Shown here piece after piece: positions 1 to 15,000 of a DNA stretch of 64,000 bases. How positions within the stretch are numbered: position 1 is the first letter of the stretch; the number at the start of each line of letters is the position of its first letter. Below the pieces are notes generated by a model, which had not been told where the DNA came from, ran no database searches, and saw only the letters and a list, made by a program, of their open reading frames with translations. The DNA is from Antedon mediterranea (lineage: Eukaryota > Animalia > Echinodermata), in the NCBI RefSeq assembly GCF_964355755.1, contig NC_092671.1:36404304-36468303 (forward strand). The letters run 5' to 3'. Position numbers and translations under genes: made by a program.

Positions 1-3000
1 ATTTCCACTACTCCCATAACCCCCACCGCTTCCCATTGTAATTGGCTGGTACAACGATCCATATGCAAATGCTGAGTAAGCCCCATTGAATGTTGTTCCA
101 CCACGACCACCATGTGCGCCTCCACTACCAGCCTCTAAGCTTCCAGATTTAGCCAATCCACTACCTACTCCAGAGCCGGGTGCATGTCCACCAAAATCAG
201 CATGCATATCACCTTTCAACAAAATATAATAGAGTGATCATTGTGTATATTTATAGATACTGTATCTATTATGGCTGCCAGAGGCGCTTGACAGTGTTAC
301 TCCCATTCTGCTTTTTATCATTAGTGCTAGTGAGAGGCGCTGCCTGAGTGGACTGGAATAAAAGAAATAAAAACAAAGGAGCCACAGGCTGGTGAATAGA
401 GGGTGGATAGAGTAAGAGTAGAAACAATGAAGATAGCTTGGTAGATATAAACAATTTTAGGAATTGAACAACTCAAATGGTGGTTAATATTGAAATTTAA
501 ATTTAGGTAGTCGATTGGAATAAACAATAATAAATTTGTTTATCAGTCTTTTTGATGCTTTAATTAGTTTTAAAATTTTCATTCAGACGAATTACAAAAA
601 TATCAAACCTGCAACATCTATTGTAAGATTTGTAGCAATCAGATGCAGTTGATTGGTTCTAACATAACCACTTCCTTTCACTTGAAAATCTGTCAGATTC
701 AACGTCATCATGTTGCCGTCTTCTACGGTCAGAAGCTCAAATTTTCCATTTGCGCGTACTGTCATGTTGACAGCGTGGAAACTGCCTACAGGTTGGTCTC
801 TAGATCTTCCGTATGACCACCAGTAAAGCTCACCACCAGAATCTACATTAAAATCAACGATGTCTGCAAGTGTTCCGTTGATCTCCATCCAGACGTCTCG
901 TAAGCTAAGTCTTGGTGGAAGTTCAAATTGTCCATACCTAAATTTAATTTTAAACAATTAGAAACAATACTTTTTTTTATTACCAAACTCCATCTGAACC
1001 TTTATTTAAACAATTAAATATTTTTAGCTTAAATGATCTTCATACTAAGATTCAAGTTAAAGTAGTGGAGCGGTAGCTTGGTATTTAACATGCTTGCCTT
1101 CCAATCCCGAGGTCCAGTGTTCAATCCTGACCTAGTGCCAGGGTTGTAATACATGACTCTTTCAACTCCACTCCCTAACCCTCAAATGAGACTTAGTTTA
1201 TAAGCATGATAAATTATAAAATAGTTTATCCATCCTGTAATTGGCCAGTTTCCCGCTGTTGGATGTCATTTTTTTGCAATTTTTCAAATATGTACCTGTA
1301 CAGTAAAACATTTGCAGCAAAGTAGATGTCAACGAAGTCAAATGATACAGTCTGATTTTGACCAATGTGTATGACGCCACTCCTGTCTCCATAAAAGGCA
1401 CCGCCCCGGCATGCAACAACCTCTGATGTTGTGTTGCTTAAGACAGCTACGTGGGCATTACCATGAAGATGAAACTGACAAAATAAACAAGACAACAATA
1501 ATTTGAAAGAAAGCTTAAGCTTTGTCTACACTATCAAACTTGTGACAAAAAATGTGATGTGCCCATATATGGACATGATGATGCCATATCACTACAATTT
1601 TGGGCACATTACACTTTTTTTGTCAAACTAGAGCTTTAGACAGCATAAAAACAAGTTTACATTTTGCACAATAAACGTATGCTCATAACTATCATATCAA
1701 TTCAAGTTCACATTAATTTAGCCACGAAGCATGGCATCAAACTTTATGTGAACAAATGTGATGTGCCCATATATGGACAAGACGATGTCATATCACTGCC
1801 ATATTTAAGCATATCATTTGGGCACTCACTTTTTTTGTCAAACTAGTTTGATAGTATAGTACATTTTCTGTAGCTGTAAGTCCTTTTACATAATTTAATA
1901 GACAAATACAATCAGAATCAGATTTGCTACTTTTCACCATGAATACTAACCTCATCAAAATAATAATCATCTAAATCATGCCACAACCAGGTGATGCCGC
2001 CAGCCTGACTGATGTCATCGTACCTTCCGTCCAATAGATTGCGACGAGGGTTGCTCATGTCATGTGACTTCGGGTACGCAAGTCTATAATTGTTGATTTT
2101 AATAATTCGATGTATCGGTTCCTTGGTCTCAAAGTGGTACTTTTGTAAGTAAATCGTACCAGAACCACCCACTTCATGGTTACCGTCACCTTCAATTATA
2201 AAAAAAAAATATTTTCATTTTCTGTTTATAAAATGAATCAAAAAAATTATTTTAAATAAGTTTTAATTAATTATAAAAAAGTAATGTTATTTTTTGATCA
2301 AATTGTTATTAAAATTACTATCAAAACCTTTAAAAGGTTTTGAAATGTCCTTTATTCAATCAATAGTCAGACTTTTTGATTATTTTTGCATACTTTGAAT
2401 TGATCTTTTGTATCATCATCATTAAGTAAAATGGTAGTTTTGAGTGAGATACCTACCTGTATAGGTAGGGATCTCTATAATTTTAGGAAGCATAATTAGG
2501 ATTGTCTATTACATACCTCCATGTGCAAAGAATGTTCCATTCCAATTTGTCTTGTCGTTGTAACTTACAGCAATACGGCCACCACCACCCCCTCCACCTG
2601 TAGAATCACCACCTGTTGCTGATATGCTTCCATATCCATCAAACTCCTCACACTCTATCCACACTGAGCCTCCTGAACCACCACCAGAGCCATCTGTAAC
2701 AAAACACAAGTGATATGTTTATTTAAAAGTATCACTGTAAATATCAATTTTAACCTATAGTATAATAGTACTAATACTCATCTAGTTAGTAAGGTTAGAT
2801 GTTTCTACAATTGATGGCAGAACTCCATCCAGCTCCAACTCTTGTCTTAAATACTTTGTCCTAAAGTTATTTTGAATGACATTTTGTAGTCTGTCTCTCA
2901 TTTTCCTCTCTATTAAACCTTTTCTACATCTCTTCATCCAGTTATCCTATTCGATCATATAATATTAATATTCATCATATTTTTTATTAGAATGAATTGA

Positions 3001-6000
3001 TTGATTGATTGATCACTTTATTTCAGAATAAAAATTCCATATATATAACAAACAATACAAAATCACACTAAAATAGATAGATTGTAACAGATAGTTTGTA
3101 GTACACCTAACAAGATCATTTTCACTATTCAAAATTCTTATTGTCAAATCATACCAGATGTTGTTTCACCATTGGCTGATATGCGGCCATCAAGGATCAT
3201 GTGACGAGTAGCAACATGAAGGGCACCTCCTCCGCGCCCTCCAATATGTGTACGAACATACGCATTCCTATATGGCTCTTCTCCAAATTCAAGATTTCCT
3301 AGAAAATTAAATTTAATGTGATAAATAATCAACATTTTTATATATGCACTGTATTTTAATACATATTCAAATATGAACTAGAATTTAATTCGTCACTTTG
3401 ACGAATTATAGGTGATCATTTTTATCTTTTTATTGACATTAATATTTTTTAAACATGCACGTACGTTAACATACGATCGAAAAATGTTGATTTATGCCAT
3501 CCTATTATACGTATATAGTGCTGATTTGTGCCTATTATATGCCATATACATTATGTACAGTATATACTGTATATCTATATACAGTGTAGCATTGGTGAAA
3601 TTACGGACACAAATCATGATCTAACTTTTTGGTATTATGACATTATCAAAATAAACTTGTGGATAATAATATCGAAAGATAATGAATTGAGCAATAAAAT
3701 ATAACAATTGGAAGAAAATTTGGCACGAAGAAGCGCGGTGAGCGCTCGTAGAAATTTGTATAACTTTGACTAAAGAATTTTAAAAACTACTTTTTTGCTT
3801 CAACTGGCCATATGATAACGTTACAACATCAGATGGGATTAATTTGTATATGAATTCATATCTACATTTCACCAACTTTCATAATAAATTATAAACATCA
3901 AGGTCAACTTTAATTCAGAAGAGCTGTAAGGTATTCAAATATACATTGTAGGTGAAATTACGTAACCACCGTTATTCAAATTTTAAGACGTGATGACGTC
4001 ATCAAAATGAAAATATTGGCAACTCATGAGTAACATACTTGGTTAAGGTAGAATATGTTACAAATTAAAAGAAAATCAATCACAGATAAGCGAGTTGAGC
4101 TCTGTTGAATATGGTGGTCTATGACAAATGAGGAAAAAACCCTATTTTAAAAATGTATGTGGCCAAATGATGACGTCATACCATTTTGTACGTCTAATGT
4201 GTATATACAATTATTTCTACAACTCATTGGCTACCATAGTAAGTTTAAAAAAATGGGGGTCACCTTCCATTCTGAAGAGTTATATTCATTTTAAAAAGGC
4301 CTTATTTTTTACCATTTTTAACACGTTTGTACAATTAATGTGCTCATTTTGTCATTTTTAACGTGCTCGTATAGCACTATTTTAAGTCGAAATGGACTCA
4401 AATTTGGTGATTGAACTATGGAAGATGAGTAGAATGCAATTTGTACAAAAAATTGTTATTTTTTACGCTTTCTAGGTACGCCCGCGCAAAAACGTGTTTT
4501 TGCGCAGTAATTTTTTTTAACACGCAAATGGCCTAATTCATGCTCTAAATTGATCAAAACATAATTTTGAGCTTTTTAAATTTTTAACGCGCGATTTCTT
4601 GCGCATGACCCTACGTGCGCGTGGGTTTTTATTTGCTAATATTTTTACCCTTGACCTGAAGTTTACGTGTAGTGAATTTCATTAATATGAGATAATTAAT
4701 TATGAAGATATGATTGATAATGTGATTTCACAAAATGGCGTATAAATGACGTCACGGATGAGTGATCACGCTAAAAAGCTTATTAGGACTAAGTTAAAGT
4801 ATTTGAAAAACATTCTGAAATTTTCGTAATCATTGACATTAAACTTTTTGAGATATTTGTTACACAAAATCTGTACAGAAAGAAATTGCGAAGAAACATT
4901 TTTTTTTTACAAAAACAATTTCTCACTAGAATTTAATTCGTCACTTTGACGAATTATAGGTGATCATTTTATCATTTTAATGAAATTAACATTTTTTAAA
5001 CATGCACGTACGTTAACATACGATCGTAAATAGCTGATGTACGCCATCCTATGACATGATGCATATACACTTATAGCGCTGAGTTGTACCTATTATATGC
5101 CATATACAATATGTACAGTATATACTGTATATCTATATACAGTGTAGCATAGGTGAAATTATGGGACACACATCAAGTTCAAATTTGTTGGTATGATGGA
5201 ATTATCAAAATAAACTCGGAGATGACAATTTCGAAAGATAATGAATTGAGCAAATAAATATAAGGATTGGAAGAGAATTTGACACGTAGAAGCGCAATGC
5301 GCGCTCTTTGAAATTTGTATAACTTCGACTAAAGAAATTTAAAAACTACTTTTTAACTTCAACTGGCCATATGATAACATCACAACATCCGATAGGCTTA
5401 ATTTTTATATCAATTCATATCTACATTTCATCAGCTTTCATAATAAATTATAATCTTCAAGGTCACCTTTAATTCTGAGGAGCTATAAGATATTCAAATG
5501 TATGGTGTAGCTGAAATTACACGACCTAGGTTATTCAAAATTTTACGCGTGATGACGTCATTAAAATAAAAATGTTGACAACTTATGAGAAAGATAATTA
5601 ATTGAGCAAGCACATACTAAAATGTGTGCAAAAATTGGGCTCAAATAACGGAGATGCGCTCTATTGAATGTGATAACCCACACAAAAAGATAATAATTAC
5701 TAATTTTTAAATTCAAGTGGCCATTTGATGACGTGTTACCATTTTGTACGTCTAATATGTATATATATTTATATCTACAACTTATTGGCTTCCATAATAA
5801 GTAAAAAAAATTGGGGTCACCTGCCATTCTGAAGAGTTATATTCATTTCAAAAAGGCCTTATTTTTTTACCATTTTTAGCACTTTTGTACAATTAATGCG
5901 CGCATTTTGTCATTTTTAACGTGCTCGTATAGCGTTATTTTAAGTCGGAATGGACTCAAAGTCGGAGAATGTACTAAGGATTGTGAGTAGAATATGATGT

Positions 6001-9000
6001 ATACATCAAATTTTATTTTTTACCCTTTTTAAAAATCGCATGCGCAAAAATGTGTTTTTGCGCAGTAATTTTTTTAAACACGCAAATGGCCTATTTCATG
6101 CTCTAAATTGATAAAAACTAAATTTTGAGCTTTTTAAAATTTCAACGCGCGATTTCACGCGCATGACCTTGAAACGCCCGAGTTTTTATTTGCTAATATT
6201 TTTTATCTTGACCTCAAGTTTACGTGTAGTGATTTTCATTAATATGTGATAATGAATTATGGAGATATGATTGATAATGTGATTTCACAAAATGGCGTAT
6301 ACGTGACGTCACGGAGGAGTGATCACGCTGAAAAGCTTATTAGGACTAAGTTAACGTATTTGAATGACATTGTGAAATTTTGGTAATCATTAACATTAAA
6401 CTTTTTGAGATATTTGTTACACAAAATCTGTACAGAGAGAAATAAATAATAAGAATAAGAATAAGAAGAATAAAGATTTCATACAATAACAATAGGTGAT
6501 CATTTATTCTAAATGATCACCTAACTAGAATTTAATTCGTCACTTTGACGAATTATAGGTGATCATTTTTATCGTTTTATTGACATTATTATTTTTAAAA
6601 CATGCACGTATGTTAACATACAATAGAAAAATGTTGATGTATGCCACCCTATTATACACTATTTTGCTGAGTTGTACCTATTATATGCCATATACATAAT
6701 GTACAGTATATACTGTATATCTATATACAGTGTAGCATTAGTGAAATTACGGACACACATCATGTTCTAATTTTTGGCACTGATGACATTATCCAAATAA
6801 ACTTGTGGATAACAATATCATAAGATAATGAGTTGAGCAATAAAATATAACAATTGGAAGAAAATTTGGCACGTAGAAGCGCGGCGCGCGCGCTTTAAAA
6901 TTTGTATAACTTTGACGAAAGAGATGAAAAAATTGCTTTTTAACTTCAACTGACCATATGATAACGTCACAACATCCGATAGGCTTAATTTTTATTTGAT
7001 TTCATATCTAAATTTCACCAGCTCTCATAATAAGTTATAAACATCAAGGTCAACTTTAATTCAGAAGAGCTGTAATGTATTCAAATTTACCTTGTAGGTG
7101 AAATTACGTAACAACCGTTATTTAAATTTTAAGACGTGATGACGTCATCCAAATGAAAATCTTGGTAACTCATACGTAACATAATTGATTGAGGTAGAAT
7201 ATATTAAAAATTAAAAGAAAATCGATCACAGATAACCAAGTTGCACTCTGTTGAATATAGTGGTCTATGACAAAAGGGGGAAAAACCCTATTTTAGAAAT
7301 GCATGTGGCCAAATGATGACGTCATACCATTTTGTACGTCTAATGTGTATATACATTTATATCTACAACTCATTGGCTTCAATAATAAGTTAAAAAAATT
7401 GCGGGTCACCTGCCATTCTGAAGAGTTATATTCATTTTAAAAAGGCCTTATTTTTTACCATTTTTAGCACTTTTGTACAATTAAGTTGCGCATTTTGTCA
7501 TTTTTAACGTGCTCGTATAGCACTATTTTAAGTCAAAATGGACTCAAATGTGGTGAATGTACTATGGAAGAACGCAATTTGTACAAAAAATTGATATTTT
7601 TTACGCTTTCTATGTACGCACGCGCAAAAACGTGTTTTTGCGCAGTAATTTTTTAAAACACGCAAAGGGCCTAATTCATGCTCTAAATTGATCAAAATGT
7701 AATTTTGAGCATTTTAAATTTTTAACGCGTGATTTCACGCGCATGACCCTACGTGCGCGTGCGTTTTTATTTGCTAATATTTTTACTCTTGACTTGAAGT
7801 TTACGTGTAGTGAATTTCATTAATATGTGATTATTAATCATGGAGATATGATTGATAATTTGATTTCACAAAATGGCGTATAAATGACGTCACGGATGAG
7901 TGATCACGTTGAAAAGCTTATTAGGACTAAGTTAACGTATTTGAAAGACATTCTGAAATTTTGGTAATCATTGACCTTATTGAGATATTTGTTACACAAA
8001 ATCTGTACAGAAAGAAATTGCGAAGAAACATTTTTTTTTACAAAAACAATTTCTCACTAGAATTTAATTCGTCACTTTGACGAATTATAGGTGATCATTT
8101 TTATCATTTTAATGAAATTAACATTTTTTAAACATGCACGTACGTTAACATACGATCGTAAAAAGCTGATGTACGCCATCCTATGACAAGATGCATATAC
8201 ACTTATAGTGCTGAGTTGTACCTATTATGTACAGTATATACTGTATATCTATATACAGTGTAGCATAGGTGAAATTACTGGACCCACATCATGTTCAAAT
8301 TTTTCGGTATGATAGAATTATCAAAATAAACTCGAAGATGACAATTTCGAAAGATAATGAATTGAGCAAATAAATATAAGGATTGGAAGAGAATTTGACA
8401 CGTAGAAGCGCAATGCGCGCTCTTTGAAATTTGTATAACTTCGACTAAAGAAATTTAAAAACAACGTTTTAACTTCAACTGGCCATATGATAACATCACA
8501 ACATCCGACAGGCTTAATTTTTATATTAATTCATATCTACATTTCATCAGCTTTCATAATAAGTTATAATATTCAAGGTCACCTTTAATTCTAAAGAGCT
8601 ATAATATATTCAAATGTACGGTGTAGCTGAAATTACACGACCTACGTTATTCAAGTTTTTACGCGTGATGATGTCAAGAAAATAAAAATGTTGACAACTC
8701 CTGAGAAAGATAATTAATTGAGCAAGCACATACTAAAACTTCTGCGAAAATCGAGCTAAAATAACGGAGATGCGCTCTATTGAATGTGATAACCCATACA
8801 AAAAGATAAAAATTACTAATTTTTAAATTGAAGTGGCTATTTGATGACGTCATACCATTTTGTACGTCTAATGTGTACATAAATATGTATCTACAACCCA
8901 ATGGCTTCCCGAATAACTTAAAAAAATTGGGGGTCACCTGCCATTCTGAAGAGTTATATTCATTTTAAAAAGGCCTTAATTTTCACCATTTTCATCACTT

Positions 9001-12000
9001 TGATGCAATTAATTTGCGCATTTTGACATTTTTAACCTGCTCGTATACCGTTATTTTAAGTCGGAACTGACTCAAATTTGGTGAATGTACTAAGGATGCT
9101 GAGTAGAATGCGATTTGTATAAAAAAATTGCAATTTTCACACTTTGTAAGTATCGCACGCGCAAAATAATTTTTTTGCGCAGTAATTTTTTGAAACACGC
9201 AAATGGCCTAATTCATGCTCTAAATTGATTAAAACGTAATTTTGAGCTTTTTAAATTTTTAATGCGCGATTTCACGCGCATGACCCTACGTGCGCGCGCG
9301 TTTTTATTTGCTAATATTGTTACCTTTGACCTGAAGTTTACGTGTAGTGAATTTCATAAATATGTGATAATGAATTATGGATATATGATTGATAATGTGA
9401 TTTCACAAAATGGCATATACGTGACGTCACGGATGAGTGATCACGCTGAAAAGCTTATTAGGACTTAGTTAAAGTATTTGAAAGAAATTCTGAAATGTTG
9501 GTAATCATTGACATTAAACCTTTTGAGATATTTGTTACACAAAATCTGTACAGAAAGAAATTGCGAAGAAACATTTTTTTTTTACAAAAACAATTTCTCA
9601 CTAGAATTTAATTCGTCACTTTGACGAATTATAGGTGATCATTTTTATCATTTTAATAAAATTAACATTTTTTAAACATGCATGTACGTTAACATACGAT
9701 CGTTAAAAGTTGATGTACGCCATCCTATGACATGATTGCATATACACTTATAGTGCTGAGTTCTACCTGTGTCATACAATATGTACAGTATATACTGTAT
9801 ATCTATATACAGTGTAGCATAGGTGAAATTACGGGACTCATATCGTGTTCTAATTTTTTGGTATGATGGAATTTTCGAAATAAACTCGAAGATGACAATT
9901 TCGAAAGATAATGAATTGAGCAAATAAATATAAGGATTGGAAGAAAATTTGACGCGTAGAAGCGCAATGCGCGGTCTTTGAAATTTGTATAACTTTGACT
10001 AAAGAAATTTAAAAACTACTTTTTAACTTCAACTGGCCATATGATAACATCACAACATCCGATAGGCTTAATTTTAATATGAATTCATATCTACATTTCA
10101 TCAGCTTTCATAATAAGTTATAATCTTCAAGGTCACCTTTAATTCTGAAGAGCTATAAGATATTCAAATGTATGGTGTAGCTGAAATTACACGACCTAGG
10201 TTATTCAAGTTTTTACGCGTGATGACGTCATCAAAATAAAAATGTTGACAACTCATTAGAAGAATAATTAATTGAGCAACCACATACTAAAAGTTGTGCG
10301 AAAATCGGGCTCAAATAACGGAGATGCGCTCTATTGAATGTGATAACCCACACAAAAAGATAAAAATTCCTAATTTTTAAATTCAAGTGGCCATTTGATG
10401 ACGTCATACCATTTTGTACGTCTAATGTGTATATACATTTGTATCTACAACTTATTGGCTTCCATAATAAGTTAAAAAAATTGGGGGTCACCTGCCATTC
10501 TGAAGAGTTATATTCATTTTAAAAAGTCTTTATTTTTTACCATTTTTAGCACTTTTGTACAATTAGTGTGCGCATTTTGTCATTTTTAACGTGCTCGTAT
10601 AGCGTTATTTTAAGTCGGAATGGACTAAAAATTGGTGAATGTACTAAGGATTGTGAGTAGAATGTGATTTATACATCAAATTTTATTTTTTACGCATTTT
10701 AAGAATCGTGCGCACAAAAACGCATTTTTGCGCAGTAATTTTTTGAAACGCGCAAATGGCCTAATTCATGCTCTAAATTGATCAAAACCTAATTTTGCGC
10801 GTTTTAAATTTTTTACGCGCGATTTCACGTGCATGACCTTGAAACGCGCAACTTTTTATTTGCTAATATTTTTACCCTTGACTTGAAGTTTACCTGTAGT
10901 GAATTTCATTAATATGTCATAATGAATTATGGAGATATGATTGATAATGTGATTTCACAAAATGGCGTATAAATGACGTCACGGATGAGTGATCACGCTG
11001 GAAAGCTCATTAGGATTAAGTTATATTATTTGAAAGATATTCTGAAATTTTGGTAATCATTGACATTAAACTTTTTGAAATAATTGTTACACAAAATAGT
11101 GTACAGAAACAATAAAAAGAAAAATAAAGATTTGATACAATAACAATAGGTGATCATTTTATTCTAAATGATCACCTAACTAGAATTTAATTCGTCACTT
11201 TGACGAATTATAGGTGATCATTTTTATCATTTTAATGAAATTAACATTTTTTTAACATGCACGTACGTTAACATATGATCGTAAAAAGCTGATGTACGCC
11301 ATCCTATGACATGATGCATATACACTTATAGTGCTGAGTTGTACCTATTATGTTTCATATACAATATGTACAGTATATACTGTATATCTATATACAGTGT
11401 AGCATAGGTGAAATTACGGGACCCACATCATGCTCTATTTTTTTGGTATGATGGAATTATCAAAATAAACTCGAAGATGACAATTTCGAAAGATAATGAA
11501 TTGAGCAAATAAATATAAGGATTGGAAGAGAATTTGACACGTAGAAGCGCAATGCGCGCTCTTTGAAATTTGTATAACTTTGACTAAAGAAATTTAAAAA
11601 CTACTTTTTAACTTCAACTGGCCATATGATATCATCACAACATCCGATAGGCTTAATTTTGATATGAATTCATATCTACATTTCATCAGCTTTCATAATA
11701 AATTATAATCTTCAAGGTCACCTTTAATTCTGAGGAGCTATAAGATATTCAAATGTATGGTGTAGCTGAAATTACACGACCTAGGTTATTCAAGTTTTTA
11801 CGCGTGATGACGTCATCACAATAAAAATGTTGACAACTCACGAGAAAGATAATTAATTGAGCAAGCACATACTAAAATTTGTGCGAAAATCGGGCTCAAA
11901 TAACGGAGATGTGCTCTATTGAATGTGATAACCCACACAAAAAAGATAAAAATTACTAATTTTTAAATTCAAGTGGCCATTTGATGACGTCATACCATTT

Positions 12001-15000
12001 TGTACGTCTAATATGTATATATATTTATATCTACAACTTATTGGCTTCCATAATAAGTTAAAAAAATTGGGGGTCACCTGCCATTCTGAAGAGTTATATT
12101 CATTTTAAAAAGGCCTTATTTTTTACCATTTTTAGCACTTTTGTACAATTAATGTGCGCATTTTGTCATTTTTAACGTGCTCGTATAGCGTTATTTTAAG
12201 TCGGAATGGACTCAAAGTCGGAGAATGTACTAAGGATTGTGAGTAGAATATGATGTATACATCAAATTTTATTTTTTACCCTTTTTAAAAATCGCGTGCG
12301 CAAAAATGTGTTTTTACGCAGTAATTTTTTGAAACACGCAAATGGCCTATTTCATGCTCTAAATTGATAAAAACTAAATTTTGAGCTTTTTAAAATTGCA
12401 ACGCGCGATTTTACGCGCATGACCTTGAAACGCCCGAGTTTTTATTTGCTAATATTTTTTACCTTGACCTCAAGTTTACGTGTAGTGATTTTCATTAATA
12501 TGTGATAATGAATTATGGAGATATGATTGATAATGTGATTTCACAAAATGGCGTATACGTGATGTCACGGATGACTGATCACGCTGAAAAGCTTATTATG
12601 GCTAAGTTAAGGTACTTGAAAGACAATGTGAAATTTTGGTAATCATTGACATTAAACTTTTTGAGATATTTGTTACACAAATTTGTACAGAGAGAAATAA
12701 ATAATAAGAATAAGAAGAAGAATAAAGATTTCATACAATAACAATAGGTGATCATTTTATTCTAAATGATCACCTAATTATTATAATATCAATAGCCATT
12801 TTGTGGTTCTTTATCTAGCCTTTCAAGAAAGATTACGGTCATTTTTTAAATATTTACCATATCCTGAACCATATCCCCCATTGCTTCCATAATCGACTGG
12901 TTCATAGATCGAACCATATGCAAGTCCAACCAAAGACTGTCCAATGCTTCTTCCACCACTTCCACCATGTCCACCACCACTTCCTCCACTTGAAGAACCT
13001 GTTAAAATATTACGATAAACAAATAACAACAATTTTATAAAAAGAAACGTGCTCTGTCCATATATTGACAGGGTGATATAACTTCCATATTTGGGTATAT
13101 CACTACCATGTTTGGGCACATCACACTAGTTTGATAGTGTAGACAGAGTTCTAAGGTTTAGTTCATACCATATCCTTGTCCAGGCCCCTCATTCTCATTA
13201 AATCCAGGACCTCTTTCTTCAATAGTCTCATATCCACCATTGTCAAACGTAATCTTTCCACCAGAATACACAGCCATCAGATGTGAAACATTAACATTTA
13301 AGCGGTCGTTGGATATGAAATGACCTCCTCCATATATCTGTTAAATCAAAAGATATTACTTTCTCCAAATGTGCAGTAGAATAGAGTACAATATACAGGC
13401 TTGTGCCTGTACAGAAGAGACAGGAAAAAGGGAGAGCACCTTATTAACTCTATTATACTAGACTTCAATAAAACTCCTTATGACCCAACAAATTGTACTC
13501 TCAATAGGTAGTGTGTCCTCTGAATATTGTAGTATTATTTCAAAGAAGTTCTACTGTATTAAGAAATGTTATCCCAACAAAAATGTAGTTTTAGTATTAG
13601 AAATTGTGTGTTTACTGTACTACAGTATAAAACAAGTTTACTGGTTGAACACAAAAATAATTATAAAATAAATTAATTATAAAAATAATATGCAAAATTA
13701 CGGTAAAGTTAGTGACATCAATACTCATCCCAATGTGCTTATCATTTGCAAACATTTCAAATGTTCCTCTATCTTGCACATGAAGTGTTGACAAGTAGAA
13801 CTGGGTGTCTGAAGTGTTGAAACCAAAGCTTGCATTTGTGTCTACAAAGACGGAACCACCATCAAAAACAAAAACGTCCTCCAGTCCTGTAACCTATATA
13901 AATTAGTTGAAGGCATTGTGATGTTGATTTATACACTATATATTCTAACTTTAATAACCAGAATTGTTCTTTTTTTGTTTCTATATTCTATTATCTCATT
14001 TACAGTATCTCATAATTTCTACCACCCTTTTCACATCTACAAAACCAGGTTTACATAGTGTGACAATTTTGTGTCCCTTGTGAAATCTCGGAAGAAAAAC
14101 ACACCAACAAGAGGCCTGTGTTTCGAGATGTTCCGAGTACTCACTACGCTCACGTGTATTGATCTGGTATTAACTGACCAATCATAGTAATCAAATAGCG
14201 CCCAGCTACTCTTTCCTCCCGAGATTTCAAAAGGTTCGCGTATCCGTGTGTGAAAAAATGTAATGAGTCATGAGATCAAACCTGGTTACAACTTTTTAAA
14301 AGTAACAATTTATGCAGATGTGAAAAAGGTAAAAGAGCAGATTGGTATCCACAAACTAGTACTACAATTTGGGTTGTGTATGCCCTTGTAAGATGAAAAT
14401 GATATTGTTACCTTTCCAGATGTCTTCAGAGAAACTCCTTTGAAAAAAGCTCGTTTTGGGTGGTGAAGATGGCCAGACTCATAGATACGGCTACTAAATG
14501 GAACATCCGGGTGAGTGACATCTATGTTAAATGATTGGCCATATCCAACGTGTATGAAACCTAAGTGAATATATGATAACAATAAAAATATAGAGATACA
14601 TATACAGATTCCTTTTATTATCCAATATAATGGAAATGACAGTGCTCATATCTTGGCTTACCTAAAATAAATATAAAGGAAAAAAACCTATCTAACAAAT
14701 CTTTTGTTATAATGTTATATCCCAGCTGGGTAGAACGAGTACTTGTAACGGTCCTTCTGCGCGTTCACCGTCCTCATCCTACCACTTCTAAGTGACAGTG
14801 AAGAGGATGATTGGCGTCTTCCAATATAGCATGGACACATTGGCAAGCTGTTCGCTGTATAAAGAGTCAAGCGTTTGCACAGACAAACCAATTACTTTCC
14901 ACGCAATACAATGCAATTATTAAACAAAAATATTTCTGTTAGCACTACTACTTAGTTATGTTACTAACCTGTTGTGTCGCCAACAAGTTCTCCAATTTGG

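Noticed and set aside
5561-10491. Three similar short ORFs (..[12 protein letters not shown]..) suggesting a small gene family
   Set aside because: They lie at the same position in the tandem 1.55-kb units, rely on non-ATG or inconsistent starts and are not kept in all units; they are a by-product of the repeat.
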